NCBI GenBank assembly: GCA_015068655.1 | Contig: SVKC01000004.1 | Span: 104 to 64,103, forward strand | DNA length: 64,000 nucleotides | Direction of reading: 5' to 3' | Origin: Oscillospiraceae bacterium | GTDB lineage: Bacteria; Bacillota; Clostridia; Monoglobales; Monoglobaceae | In this document: positions 36,187-45,650 of the stretch, one piece after another | Numbering within the stretch: the stretch's first letter is position 1 | Layout: each line of letters begins with the position of its first letter | Translations under genes and position numbers: made by a program | The notes under the pieces: generated by a model | The model's database searches: none | What the model was told of the DNA's origin: nothing | The model's input: the letters and a program-made list of their open reading frames with translations, nothing else

Positions 36187-36329
36187 AATGGGCTATAGCA
36201 AAATGAGAAGGAAGCGGTTTGATACGGAAATCGCACCCTACAAATCGTATCACAAAAAAACAAGTGAACAATATATGTAGGGGACGGGTTCCATCCCGCC
36301 CCGAAACATTCATTTTGCTATGGCCCTAC
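36187..36329. repeat. MITE-like structured repeat element, copy 2 (opposite orientation to copy 1)
   Basis: TIRs AATGGGCTATAGCAAAATGA and TCATTTTGCTATGGCCC. The interior aligns with the reverse complement of copy 1 (CCCTACAAAT...ATCACAAAAA...ACAATATATGTAGGGGACGGGTTCCATCC). Lies between the pnuC start and the upstream gene stop. Confidence 0.85.
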
Positions 36330-36340
36330 AAAACATTTTC

Positions 36341-36994
36341 TTATTCCTGAACCGAGGCAGCTTCCTCTTTTTCAGGAAGTGCACACCAGTAACCAATTGC
36401 ACCAAGAGCAAGTGCAAAAACAACATCAGCAACAAATTCCAGAATCCAGAAAATTGAGAAATTCCAGCTTTCAATGAATATGAGCAGAATAGAAAGTATC
36501 AGTGAAAGAACGGCATAAATCACACGCAGTGCCGCAGGAGCGTACCAGAACTTTCCTATTCTCTTGTTTCCGTATGCAATAAGTGCTACAACTATCAAAG
36601 AAAGTGCCGCAAATATTTCAAGAAGTCCGTATATGCCGCTCCATATGCCATAATAGTCAAAAACAATAGCTTCAACAAACACATTAAGGGAGGAAAGCAT
36701 CTCAAACACACCGTTTACCGCCACAACTCCCAACAAAAAGGGAATAGCTTTTTCCGCATATGCAAGAATCTTTTCGCCCAGCTCGTCCTTCAAAAATGTA
36801 AGAATACCAATTGCCGCACCGATAATAATTACCAAGATACACAAAACCAAATTATTATATCCGCCAAAATCACTTGAACTTCCAATTTCAAGAAATTTCT
36901 CAACAAGTGCAGCAAGAATTCCAAAAATTCCCCACAATATCGGCAATACAGCAGCAGGAATGCCCATAAACTTTTTATCTTTTAATTTTTTCAT
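36341..36994 (-). CDS. uncharacterised polytopic membrane protein (tandem paralogue 2)
   Basis: 217 aa with ~6 TM segments. Basic N-terminus MKKLKDKKFMGI and acidic C-terminus. The ATG directly abuts the upstream TAA (TAAATG). Confidence 0.7.
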   Translation of the reverse strand: MKKLKDKKFMGIPAAVLPILWGIFGILAALVEKFLEIGSSSDFGGYNNLVLCILVIIIGAAIGILTFLKDELGEKILAYAEKAIPFLLGVVAVNGVFEMLSSLNVFVEAIVFDYYGIWSGIYGLLEIFAALSLIVVALIAYGNKRIGKFWYAPAALRVIYAVLSLILSILLIFIESWNFSIFWILEFVADVVFALALGAIGYWCALPEKEEAASVQE

Positions 36995-37702
36995 TTATTC
37001 TTCCTCCTCAATTACTTTAATTTCCTCTTCCTCCGAAATAATCGACCAGAAGCCGATTGCGCCCAAGGTCAAAGCAAGAACGATACTTGAAACCACTTCT
37101 GTAATGAATGTAATAATTCCCGCTACGGAGAAAGACTGATGAGGTGCAAAAACAAGAATCAGGCGAAGGATAAATGTTATTGCGGCATGAAGAATCATAA
37201 GAACCGCAGGAGAAAAAGCAAGAAGCTTCTTTTTGCCTTCCCAATTTCCTGCCTTCACGGTACTGAACGAGGTAATCGCAAAAGCTGCCGCTCTGAACAA
37301 ATCAACCAGCACAAGTACAGTCCAAAGAATACCCATAAGTCCATCCATAGATTTCCCGAAAGAATCAATAATTGCAAGCACGTCAAAGAATACCTTTATT
37401 GCCAGAATACCAAATACTGCAGGAGTAAGCTTTTTCAATGTTCCGAGCTTTTTCTCATCAAGCTTGTCCTTCAAAAAGAAGTTTGCGCACAAAGCCACAG
37501 TACCAATCAGCACCAAAAGCCACTCTGCAATTCCGCACAAGCCGTCTATGTAAGAATACAGATTGCCCAAAAAGCCCATTGCACCATAGCTGACATTTGC
37601 CGCAGTGCCGATTGTGGCTCTGAGCAAGCTCGACAGAATCCAAAGAACGGAAAGCACTGCCGCAACTATTCCGACAATTTTTTTGTTCTTAAATTTTTTC
37701 AT
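36995..37702 (-). CDS. uncharacterised polytopic membrane protein (tandem paralogue 1)
   Basis: ATG at 37702 (MKKFKNKKIVGI) lies 7 nt after GGAGGG. The ORF-track TTG at 37717 is inside the RBS. Both termini resemble the downstream paralogue (LTLGAIGFWSIISEEEE vs LALGAIGYWCALPEKEE). Confidence 0.7.
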   Translation of the reverse strand: MKKFKNKKIVGIVAAVLSVLWILSSLLRATIGTAANVSYGAMGFLGNLYSYIDGLCGIAEWLLVLIGTVALCANFFLKDKLDEKKLGTLKKLTPAVFGILAIKVFFDVLAIIDSFGKSMDGLMGILWTVLVLVDLFRAAAFAITSFSTVKAGNWEGKKKLLAFSPAVLMILHAAITFILRLILVFAPHQSFSVAGIITFITEVVSSIVLALTLGAIGFWSIISEEEEIKVIEEEE

Positions 37703-37764
37703 TTGTTTGCCCTCCAAACATTTTATATAAAAATTTAATATTTTTCAGCCTTAACCGAAAGCAC

Positions 37765-38472
37765 CTACACAGCTTTCATCAAAACATCAATCAATATGAT
37801 TGCCCCGATATGAAGAGGATAATATACATAAAACAAATTTTTCGGCACAGCATTTCCACGCTTTCCGTTGTAAAAAGCAAGGAAAGGAACTGCTCCGAGA
37901 GAAAACCATTGTGGATTGCCATAATCCAAAGCAATCAGGCATAACACAGCGGTCATAAAAATCAGCTTATCCCGTTTTCTTCCGGCGACAAAAATCGCCA
38001 CCGGAAGAAACACACCGCAAAAGCCGTAATCCACAGCATAATCAGTTTCCGAAAGAAGCCTCGGTGCAATGTCTGTCAGGAACAAAACTGTACCGATTCC
38101 TACCCCAAGCCACAAAAAAGATGAAATGGTTTTTCGGCTTTTTGCATTATCAAACAGAAAAGTCAAGCCAATGGAAAGAGAGAAGGTTATCAAAATGCAT
38201 TGAAAGAGCGATCGCGCCGCAACAAACGTCACCAATTGGCACCCCAAGCCCAGCAAAGCTATGGTCAGCAGATATTTTTTTCTGTTTCTTGTATAACGAC
38301 AGCCTTCCGCAATCATATATGCAAAAATCGGAAATGCGAGTCTTCCGATTATTCTGAGGAAATCCGCATCAGGAAACAAATAATACCCTATATGGTCAAC
38401 AGTCATTGCAACAAGTGCAACAAGCTTCAACTGACTTCCCGAAAGGAAGCCTTCTTTGAATTTTTCTTTCAT
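37765..38472 (-). CDS. TraX-family membrane protein
   Basis: N-terminal LKLVALVAMTVDHIGYYLF motif typical of the TraX family. Polytopic. Confidence 0.7.
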   Translation of the reverse strand: MKEKFKEGFLSGSQLKLVALVAMTVDHIGYYLFPDADFLRIIGRLAFPIFAYMIAEGCRYTRNRKKYLLTIALLGLGCQLVTFVAARSLFQCILITFSLSIGLTFLFDNAKSRKTISSFLWLGVGIGTVLFLTDIAPRLLSETDYAVDYGFCGVFLPVAIFVAGRKRDKLIFMTAVLCLIALDYGNPQWFSLGAVPFLAFYNGKRGNAVPKNLFYVYYPLHIGAIILIDVLMKAV

Positions 38473-38487
38473 TTCTTTTTTCCGTTT

Positions 38488-39021
38488 CTATCCCCTGACA
38501 TATGCCACAAGCTCACCAATAGAACTTCTGTCGGAAAAATCTCCGTCCGCATCACAAAGCTCAACCAGAAGCTTTTCCATGTCGGTAGGATTTTCCTTTG
38601 ATGACATAATCTTTTTGAGAGTTTTTATTGCCCCTCTGTGAACAGGCGTAAGCTCATCAAGAATCATTTTCCCAAGGAAATTATACACCTTGATTTTTTC
38701 ACGCATATGGGGCTTGAAATTTTTTTCCAGTACCATTTTATCATAATACTCTCTGTATTTCAAGGGGGTAATTCCCGTTGAAAAAACAACAAGCTTTTTG
38801 TCTTTCAGCTTTTCGAAATTTTTCGTAATCAGGCTTATGCCCCCAATCATTTCAGCATACAAACCGCCGCCGTATATTATGCAATCATACTTTTCAAGCT
38901 CTGCCGCCTTGATACCCTTTGCGTCAACCGCTTCGCAGCCAAGGTCTTCTGCTATCCACTCTGCATATTGCTTTGAAGAACCATATCTGGATTTAAAAAC
39001 AACAATTGTATTCACAAGCAT
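38488..39021 (-). CDS. flavodoxin-domain protein
   Basis: IVVFKSRYGSSKQYAEWIAEDLG and IIYGGGLYA are a flavodoxin-like pattern. AGGAGG abuts the ATG at 39021, so GTG at 39015 may be the true start. Confidence 0.65.
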   Translation of the reverse strand: MLVNTIVVFKSRYGSSKQYAEWIAEDLGCEAVDAKGIKAAELEKYDCIIYGGGLYAEMIGGISLITKNFEKLKDKKLVVFSTGITPLKYREYYDKMVLEKNFKPHMREKIKVYNFLGKMILDELTPVHRGAIKTLKKIMSSKENPTDMEKLLVELCDADGDFSDRSSIGELVAYVRG

Positions 39022-39071
39022 CCTCCTGTATCAGTTTTTTACCACTATATTCCATACGTTTAAAAATATAA

Positions 39072-39938
39072 CTACTTTTTATCCTTGAGCTGAATAAACA
39101 CACCTATAATTATAACAACCAAGCCAATCAAAGAAAAAGCCTTAAATTCTTCCTTCAATATAATCCCCGTCCATACCAGTGACAAGAAAGGTGTTATGTA
39201 TGCAAGATTGGAAACCTTTGCCGTATCGCCGCAATCCAACGCCAGTGCCCATGAGGTATAAGCAATTGCCGCCGTAAAAATTCCCATCCACAGCATACCT
39301 CCCATTTGAAATTCTGTCATTACGAAGCTGCTACCTGTCAAGACTATGTATACGAGTGAAATTACAAAAGCTGAAAAATAGAAAAACATCATTGTCAGCG
39401 TTTTGTCATAGGTTGTACGTTTGTTCAGCACAGAAAACAAGCCATAAGAAACCGCCGCCAGCACACAATAAACCGCTCCTTTTGCTGTGTTTTTCTCTAT
39501 ATTCAAAAGACTTCCGTTTGCCGTAACAATAATTACTCCCGCAAAAGACAGAGCAATAGCTACCGCCTTTCTCACAGTCATCTTTTCTTTCAATATGATA
39601 CACGCAAAAACAACTGTCATAATAGGCCACAAATAGTTTATTATGAACGCCTGGGATGCATCCATAGCATCAATTCCAAGGTAAAGAAAAAGGTTATAAA
39701 AGAATGTACCCAGCACCCCCAGAAGAAATATTTTTACATAGTCAATAATGTGATAATTTTTTAATTCCCTGAGCTTTCCCTTCACCAAAGAGACAATAAG
39801 AAGAAATACAAAGGCAAAAAGTGAGCTAACCATATTTATCTGCATACTGTCAAGGTTTTCAAGCATAAGCTTTGTTACAGTTGCAATTGTAGACCAAAAA
39901 AATATGGACACACCCGCATAAAAATACTCTTTTTTCAT
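39072..39938 (-). CDS. DMT-superfamily (EamA-like) transporter
   Basis: 288 aa with 10 hydrophobic segments in two EamA-like halves. Confidence 0.8.
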   Translation of the reverse strand: MKKEYFYAGVSIFFWSTIATVTKLMLENLDSMQINMVSSLFAFVFLLIVSLVKGKLRELKNYHIIDYVKIFLLGVLGTFFYNLFLYLGIDAMDASQAFIINYLWPIMTVVFACIILKEKMTVRKAVAIALSFAGVIIVTANGSLLNIEKNTAKGAVYCVLAAVSYGLFSVLNKRTTYDKTLTMMFFYFSAFVISLVYIVLTGSSFVMTEFQMGGMLWMGIFTAAIAYTSWALALDCGDTAKVSNLAYITPFLSLVWTGIILKEEFKAFSLIGLVVIIIGVFIQLKDKK

Positions 39939-40020
39939 TATATATTTCCTTTCTGCGATATACTCGCTTTGCTCGTGCGATATATCACAAAATCCGATAG
40001 GAATTTATATCGTTGGAGTG

Positions 40021-41346
40021 CTATGTGCGGCATAGCAGCACACAGCACTCCACATGATGCGTCCTCGGGAACATATCCACCGGCTGAACCTTCACAGTCT
40101 TATAGCCCAAGTCTTCGAGGATTCTCAAATCTCTTGCCAAAGTTGAAGGCTTGCAGGAAACATAAACAATTTTCTTTGCTTTTGTCTTCGCAACCGTTTT
40201 CAAAAGGCTTTCTTCGCAGCCCTTTCGAGGCGGGTCAAGAATAACCGTATCCGGTTTTTCCCCTTTGAGCTTCGGTGCAAGCTCTTCTGCTGTTCCGCAA
40301 TAATACTCCGCATTTTCTATGCCGTTGAGCCTTGCATTCTCCTTTGCGTTCTCAATGGCCTGAGGAACTACCTCAATCCCCACAAGCTTCTTTACATCTT
40401 TTGCGAGGTACTGACCGATTGTTCCAATTCCGCAATACAAATCCCAGACAACTTCATTCCCCGAAAGCTCCGCAAATTCTGCTACCTTGTCATAGAGCAC
40501 CTTTGTCTGGGCGTTATTAACCTGATAAAAAGAAAGGGGAGACAGCTTGAAACGGCAATGACCTATGCTGTCCACAAGATAATCCTCGCCCCAAAGGGTT
40601 CTGAAACGTTTGCCCAGAACCACATTGGTTCTTTTCTCGTTGTAATTGTGAAGAACCCCCGAAAGACGCTCTACCCGTTCTCTCAGAATCTCCACAAGTC
40701 TTTCTCCATGCGGAACACACTCCGTCCGTGTCACAATGCACACCATAACTCCCGATTCGCCGCAACGTGTATAAATATGCCGTACGCAGCCTGAATGCTT
40801 TTCTTCGTTGTAAGGTTCAACGCCGCACTCATTCATCCAGTCACGAACCGCACTCAAAACAGCCGGATTTTCCTCACCCTGAATAATGCATTTCTCTACA
40901 TCAATAACCCTGTGACTGTGCTGGGCATAAATTCCTATACCGTCGTCTGTTACGGGAAATTGTCCCTTGTTCCGATAACCCTTATTGCTCTCACAGCCTA
41001 TGGTTTTCGGCACATCTATATTAATTTTTCCTATGCGGTTAATGCAATCCTCCACGTGTTTTCGTTTAAATTCAAGCTCCTGCTCATACTCAACATTCCA
41101 GAACCGACAACCTCCACACTTGTAAAAATACTCACACTCCGCTTTAATACGAAAATTTGAAGGCTTCACAACCTCAAGCAGCTTTCCGTAAGCAAAGGAT
41201 TTCATTACCTTCACGATTATAACACTAACAACTTCCCCCACAAGGGCATAAGGAACAAACACAGCCATTCCTTCGGCTCTGCCAACTCCGTCACCTTCAT
41301 CGGTTGTACCTGTTATTTCAATTTCAAAAATATCATTTTTGTTCAT
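40021..41346 (-). CDS. rlmD: 23S rRNA (uracil-C5)-methyltransferase, RlmD/RumA family
   Basis: N-terminal TRAM-like domain. Fe-S cysteine cluster CEYFYKCGGCRF. SAM-binding DLYCGIGTIG. C-terminal PPRKG...VDMFPRTHHVE. Confidence 0.9.
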   Translation of the reverse strand: MNKNDIFEIEITGTTDEGDGVGRAEGMAVFVPYALVGEVVSVIIVKVMKSFAYGKLLEVVKPSNFRIKAECEYFYKCGGCRFWNVEYEQELEFKRKHVEDCINRIGKINIDVPKTIGCESNKGYRNKGQFPVTDDGIGIYAQHSHRVIDVEKCIIQGEENPAVLSAVRDWMNECGVEPYNEEKHSGCVRHIYTRCGESGVMVCIVTRTECVPHGERLVEILRERVERLSGVLHNYNEKRTNVVLGKRFRTLWGEDYLVDSIGHCRFKLSPLSFYQVNNAQTKVLYDKVAEFAELSGNEVVWDLYCGIGTIGQYLAKDVKKLVGIEVVPQAIENAKENARLNGIENAEYYCGTAEELAPKLKGEKPDTVILDPPRKGCEESLLKTVAKTKAKKIVYVSCKPSTLARDLRILEDLGYKTVKVQPVDMFPRTHHVECCVLLCRT

Positions 41347-42128
41347 AGCTTTTCCTTTTCAAAAAGTATGTTCAGATTTCTTTCAAGAACCGCCTTGCCT
41401 CTCCAGCTGAACGCATAATTTCCATACTTTTCCTTGAATTCTCTGTTACTGAGATTTTCAACGTCACCTATATTCAAATCTGTAATCCTGTCCTTCAAAA
41501 ACTCAGGAATTGCTGTGGTAGCAAGCCCTTTGTTATGAGGACAAACCCTTTGGCAAACATCGCAGCCCCAACAAAGTCCGTTATCCGCTACAAGCTTTCT
41601 TTCGTCTTCTTGCAGCTCACCCTTCTTCTGGGTTATTTCCGAAAGACATTTTTCGATTTCAAAGCCATCATCGCTCAACGCGCCTCCCGGACAAGCCCTT
41701 ATGCACGCACCGCAGGAAAGACAGCTTGTGTCAATTGGTGAATCCTTCTCAATATTCAGGTCGTGAACCACCTGTCCAATAAAAAAATACGAGCCGAATT
41801 CTTCACATATAACCATTCCGTTTTTTCCCAAAAACCCTAGTCCTGCACTCAAAGCCGCTCCTCTGTCGTCAAGTCCACCCTTGTCAATATGAACAAGAGT
41901 TTCCCTTGCACCGAAAGCTTTCAGCTCTTTTTCAATCTGTTTCAGCTTTTCCTCCGCCACATGGTGATAATCCATTCCTCGTGCATACATAGAAACATTG
42001 CCCGTCTCGCCCTTTACGAAATAAGGGAACAGCGCAACCACCGACTTCTCGCCAAAGCCGATTTTTTCAATTCCGATTTTTTTGGCAATCTTACGTATTT
42101 CTTCTTTTATCATAACTCTATACGCCAT
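41343..42128 (-). CDS. queG: epoxyqueuosine reductase QueG-like (short form) with two 4Fe-4S motifs
   Basis: YARGMDYH block plus [12 protein letters not shown] and [12 protein letters not shown]. 4-nt overlap with rlmD. An alternative ATG at 42113 gives an ATGA overlap with the recR stop. Confidence 0.65.
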   Translation of the reverse strand: MAYRVMIKEEIRKIAKKIGIEKIGFGEKSVVALFPYFVKGETGNVSMYARGMDYHHVAEEKLKQIEKELKAFGARETLVHIDKGGLDDRGAALSAGLGFLGKNGMVICEEFGSYFFIGQVVHDLNIEKDSPIDTSCLSCGACIRACPGGALSDDGFEIEKCLSEITQKKGELQEDERKLVADNGLCWGCDVCQRVCPHNKGLATTAIPEFLKDRITDLNIGDVENLSNREFKEKYGNYAFSWRGKAVLERNLNILFEKEKL

Positions 42129-42709
42129 TGGAGAGCCCTTGCAAGAGTAATTTCGTCAGCATATTCAAGCTCACCGCCCACAGGAACACCGTGAGCTATT
42201 CTCGTAACCTTCACACCAAAGGGCTTTATAAGCTTTGAAATATACATAGCTGTTGTCTCCCCTTCAAGATTGGGGTTTGTTGCCATAATAACCTCTTTGA
42301 CCTCTCTGGATGTAATTCTTGTCATAAGCTCTTTTATTCTTATATCCTCAGGGCCTATATTATCCATAGGTGAAATTGCGCCGTGAAGAACGTGATAAGT
42401 CCCCTTGAATTCGTTTGTTTTTTCCATCTGGATTACATCTTTCGGATTTTCCACAACGCAAATAACCCCTTTATCCCGTGCAGGACTACTGCATACCGAG
42501 CATTCCTCTCTGTCTGAAAAGTTCTGACAGATTTTGCAATAGGTTATTTTTCTTTTTGCATCCATAATTGCATTAGAAAATTTTGCCGCCCTTTCTTCGG
42601 GAAGGTTGAGGACGTGATATGCAAGTCTCTGGGCGGTTTTGTCGCCTATTCCGGGAAGCTTTCTGAACTCGTCAATGAGATTTTGAAGAGGTGAAACATA
42701 ATAATCCAT
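42110..42709 (-). CDS. recR: recombination protein RecR
   Basis: [24 protein letters not shown] helix-hairpin-helix, a C4 zinc finger (CKICQNF...CSVC) and a Toprim region. Confidence 0.95.
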   Translation of the reverse strand: MDYYVSPLQNLIDEFRKLPGIGDKTAQRLAYHVLNLPEERAAKFSNAIMDAKRKITYCKICQNFSDREECSVCSSPARDKGVICVVENPKDVIQMEKTNEFKGTYHVLHGAISPMDNIGPEDIRIKELMTRITSREVKEVIMATNPNLEGETTAMYISKLIKPFGVKVTRIAHGVPVGGELEYADEITLARALQWRIEL

Positions 42710-42728
42710 TTCTCAAAAATCCTTTCTG

Positions 42729-42763
42729 CTAAAAGAAAAGACCCGCCTGAAACAGCAGGTCTA
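42729..42763 (-). terminator. rho-independent terminator
   Basis: Minus strand: AGACCTGCTGTTTCAGGCGGGTCT followed by TTTCTTTT, after the 42777 stop. Confidence 0.7.
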
Positions 42764-42776
42764 TTCGCACAAGCTT

Positions 42777-43475
42777 TTATTTGCTCAAATTGATTGTAGC
42801 GTTTTCAGCATCAAAGCCTACCTTGTAGCCAAGAACCTTCGCAAAATCTGAAAGGGGAACGTATGTTCTCCACTCAACCTCATTTTTGAAGGGAGCAGCC
42901 TCCATTGTAATCTTGCCTTCTACACCTTCAGTGTCGAGGTAGAACAAAAGTGTGTTTCCAAGCTGCATAATGAACATAGCACCTGTTGTCTGATTTGCAC
43001 CCATAACCATCTGTTCAGCATCTGACCAGCTTACCTGATAACCAGCAGCTTCAAGAGCAGCTCTCGCAGGAACAAAAACAACTCCGTCCTTTTCAATCAA
43101 AGTGCCCATACCTTCAGCAAGCTCAATCTTTGCACCGTCAAGCACAAATGCATTCTTCACCATTGCCGCTGTATCAATAACAACTTCTGCAGTTTCTTCT
43201 GTTTCTTCAACCTTTTCTGCTTCTTCAGCAGTTGTCTCTTCGGTTGCTTCAACTTCTTCAACTGCTTCTGTGTCTTCTGTTGCTTCTGCATTTTCTGTTG
43301 TCTCTGCATCTGCTGCAGGCTCCTCTGTTTCTACCTCAGAAATAGGCATAACATCGCCCTGTGCTTCGTGTTCAATCACCATATCAGCATCAACAACTAC
43401 ATCCTCAGCCGCAAAAACCAATGTGCCGGAAGCCAACATACATACTACCACTAAACTTGCAAATAATTTTTTCAT
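42777..43475 (-). CDS. secreted protein with acidic E/T/A-rich linker and copper-amine-oxidase-N-terminal-like (stalk) domain
   Basis: ATG at 43475 (MKKLFASLVVVCMLASGTLVFA) follows AAAGGAAA. Low-complexity ETEEPAADAETTENAEATEDTEAVEEVEATEE. The C-terminal VFVPARAALEAAGYQVSWSD pattern fits the stalk domain. Confidence 0.6.
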   Translation of the reverse strand: MKKLFASLVVVCMLASGTLVFAAEDVVVDADMVIEHEAQGDVMPISEVETEEPAADAETTENAEATEDTEAVEEVEATEETTAEEAEKVEETEETAEVVIDTAAMVKNAFVLDGAKIELAEGMGTLIEKDGVVFVPARAALEAAGYQVSWSDAEQMVMGANQTTGAMFIMQLGNTLLFYLDTEGVEGKITMEAAPFKNEVEWRTYVPLSDFAKVLGYKVGFDAENATINLSK

Positions 43476-43530
43476 AAGAATTTCCTTTCTGCTCAAAAGA
43501 GCAATAAAAAATTTATAATAAATGTTTTAA

Positions 43531-44691
43531 TTAAATACCTGCCAAAGACTTGAGCGTGTCAGCCTTGTCAGTTTTTTCCCAAGGGAGACTTACATCTGTA
43601 CGACCGAAATGACCGTAAGCCGCTGTCTGTTTGTATATGGGCTGTCTGAGATTCAATGTCTTGATAATTCCGCTGGGAGTAAGGTCAAACACCTTTGAAA
43701 CAAGCTCTGAAAGCTTTTCTTCACTTATCTTTCCCGTTCCAAAGGTATCAATACGAAGTGATACAGGCTCTGCCACACCTATTGAGTAAGCAAGCTGTAC
43801 CTCGCAAGCCTTTGCAAGACCGGCTGCAACAACATTCTTCGCAACATATCTTGCAGCATAAGCCGCCGAGCGGTCAACCTTCGTTGGGTCTTTTCCTGAG
43901 AAAGCACCGCCGCCGTGACGAGCATAACCGCCGTAAGTATCAACAATAATTTTTCTGCCCGTATGTCCCGAGTCTCCCTGTGGACCGCCGATAACAAATC
44001 TTCCCGTAGGATTAATGAAAATCTTCGTATCAGCATCCATAAGACTTGCCGGAATGGTTGTACGGATAACCTCTCTTTCAATATCTGTACGGAGCTGAGA
44101 CATTTCAACTTTTTCGTCGTGCTGGCTTGAAACAACCACAGCATCAATTCTCTTCACCGAACCGTCTTCATTATATTCAACAGTAACCTGTGTTTTTCCG
44201 TCAGGTCTGAGATAAGGAAGAATATCCTTCTTTCTCACTTCCGTAAGACGTCTTGCCATTTTGTGAGCCAAATCAATTGCCATCGGCATATAGCTTTCTG
44301 TTTCGTCGCAGGCATAACCGAACATCATACCCTGGTCGCCAGCTCCGTGACCTTCGCCATTGTCATCAACGCCCATAGCAATGTCCTCTGACTGTTTGTC
44401 AAGAGCACAAATAACGCCGCAGGTATCACAGTCAAAACCATATTTTGCTCTGTCATAGCCCACCTCACGAACTGTTTCTCTCACAATACTTTGAATATCA
44501 ATATTTGCAGTTGTCGTGATTTCACCTACAACAACCACAAGTCCCGTCGTAACCGTAACCTCACAGGCAACTCTTGCCATAGGGTCAACAGCATAAATGG
44601 CATCCAACACTGCATCGGAAATAAGGTCCGATATTTTGTCAGGATGACCTTCAGTAACCGATTCAGATGTAAATAACTTCTTATAGCTCAT
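43531..44691 (-). CDS. metK: S-adenosylmethionine synthase
   Basis: [34 protein letters not shown] and [16 protein letters not shown]. The ORF-track start is 44733. ATG at 44691 follows AGGAGG. Confidence 0.97.
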   Translation of the reverse strand: MSYKKLFTSESVTEGHPDKISDLISDAVLDAIYAVDPMARVACEVTVTTGLVVVVGEITTTANIDIQSIVRETVREVGYDRAKYGFDCDTCGVICALDKQSEDIAMGVDDNGEGHGAGDQGMMFGYACDETESYMPMAIDLAHKMARRLTEVRKKDILPYLRPDGKTQVTVEYNEDGSVKRIDAVVVSSQHDEKVEMSQLRTDIEREVIRTTIPASLMDADTKIFINPTGRFVIGGPQGDSGHTGRKIIVDTYGGYARHGGGAFSGKDPTKVDRSAAYAARYVAKNVVAAGLAKACEVQLAYSIGVAEPVSLRIDTFGTGKISEEKLSELVSKVFDLTPSGIIKTLNLRQPIYKQTAAYGHFGRTDVSLPWEKTDKADTLKSLAGI

Positions 44692-44788
44692 CTGTTTTTC
44701 CTCCTGTGTAACTATTTCACTGCGTGGAACCAACCATCACAAATTATACTTCTGAAATTTTCCAGGCACTCCACGCCCAGCCTACAAT

Positions 44789-44817
44789 ATTATACATCTT
44801 TTTTTCCGTTGTGTCAA
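44789..44817 (-). promoter_or_regulatory. metK promoter (sigma-A consensus)
   Basis: Minus strand: TTGACA-N17-TATAAT, giving a leader of ~90 nt. Confidence 0.7.
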
Positions 44818-44860
44818 CCGCTTTAACCTTTATTTCGACAATTCAGAAAAAATAAACATC

Positions 44861-44889
44861 TTGACATATGCTTTCAAAAATACTAAAAT
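44861..44889 (+). promoter_or_regulatory. promoter of the flavin-reductase-rubredoxin gene
   Basis: TTGACA-N17-TAAAAT, ~55 nt upstream of the ATG at 44946. Confidence 0.65.
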
Positions 44890-44945
44890 ATTCTTGTATG
44901 AAAACTTATTTCCAATGTATACTAAAATCAAAGGAGAATCAGATT

Positions 44946-45554
44946 ATGGCAATTGATATTACAGCTTTATTCAAAATAAGCTACGGCTTGTATGTTGTAA
45001 CCTCAAATGACGGAACCCGTCACAACGGACTTATTGTGAACACAGTAACCCAGACAACCAACACCCCAAATCGTGTTGCCGTTGCAATCAACAAAGCGAA
45101 TTACTCTCATGATGTAATCAAAAATACAGGAATAATGAATGTCTGCTGTCTCACCACCGAAGCACCCTTCTCTGTTTTTCAGAACTTCGGTTTCCGTAGC
45201 GGAAAGGATTGTGACAAATTTGCTGACACCCCGTTCTGGACCAGCGAAAACGGACTCGCCGTTCCCTCGCAGTATATAAACTCTTTTATGTCATTGAAGG
45301 TCGAAAGCTACGTAGATATGGACACTCACGGAATGTTCATATGTACCTTGACCGAAGCCAGCGTAATCAACAACATCCCCTCAATGACCTACTCCTATTA
45401 CTTCGACAACGTAAAACCACAGCCTCAGCCCCAAAAAAAGAAAGGCTTTGTGTGCAAAATCTGTGGTTATGTTTACGAAGGCGAAACACTCCCCGAGGAT
45501 TTCATCTGTCCCCTTTGCAAGCATGGTGCAGAGGATTTTGAAGAAATCAAATAA
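44946..45554 (+). CDS. flavin reductase domain fused to a C-terminal rubredoxin (high-molecular-weight rubredoxin type)
   Basis: ATG at 44946 follows AAAGGAGAA. Flavin-reductase-like ISYGLYVVTSNDGTRHNGLIVNTV. Rubredoxin CKICGYVYEG...FICPLCKHG. Confidence 0.8.
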   Translation: MAIDITALFKISYGLYVVTSNDGTRHNGLIVNTVTQTTNTPNRVAVAINKANYSHDVIKNTGIMNVCCLTTEAPFSVFQNFGFRSGKDCDKFADTPFWTSENGLAVPSQYINSFMSLKVESYVDMDTHGMFICTLTEASVINNIPSMTYSYYFDNVKPQPQPQKKKGFVCKICGYVYEGETLPEDFICPLCKHGAEDFEEIK

Positions 45555-45598
45555 CCCTCTCACTTCACTTTTCGCAACAAAACGAAAAAAGGTTCTTT

Positions 45599-45650
45599 TC
45601 CAATGTGACCAAGTCACCCCAACGTTTGGAAAAGAACCTTTAAATTTTAG
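45599..45650. terminator. bidirectional terminator between convergent genes
   Basis: 15-bp perfect stem AAGGTTCTTTTCCAA / TTGGAAAAGAACCTT with a 22-nt loop that contains GTGAC-caa-GTCAC. An A-run lies upstream and a T-run downstream. Confidence 0.75.

Noticed and set aside
36164-36340. Riboswitch (NAD, TPP or FMN type) upstream of the PnuC-family transporter
   Set aside because: The whole gap is explained by the MITE-like element copy 2. No riboswitch core motifs were recognised.
40021-40075. 8-bp hairpin GGAGTGCT...AGCACTCC at the 3' end of rlmD, plus nearby ATATCGC direct repeats (39955-39990)
   Set aside because: The hairpin lies inside the coding sequence for the conserved C-terminus (HHVECCVLLCRT) and has no U-tract. 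The short ATATCGC repeats are too small to separate from chance without genome-wide counts.
44692-44788. SAM-I (S-box) or other SAM riboswitch upstream of metK
   Set aside because: The leader is only ~90 nt, and I could not find the S-box core (the GAGGGA...GCCC...GCAACC blocks) or an SMK-like anti-SD pairing. It has one 7-bp long-range stem (GCGTGGA/TCCACGC). A covariance-model scan would be needed to exclude smaller SAM riboswitch classes.
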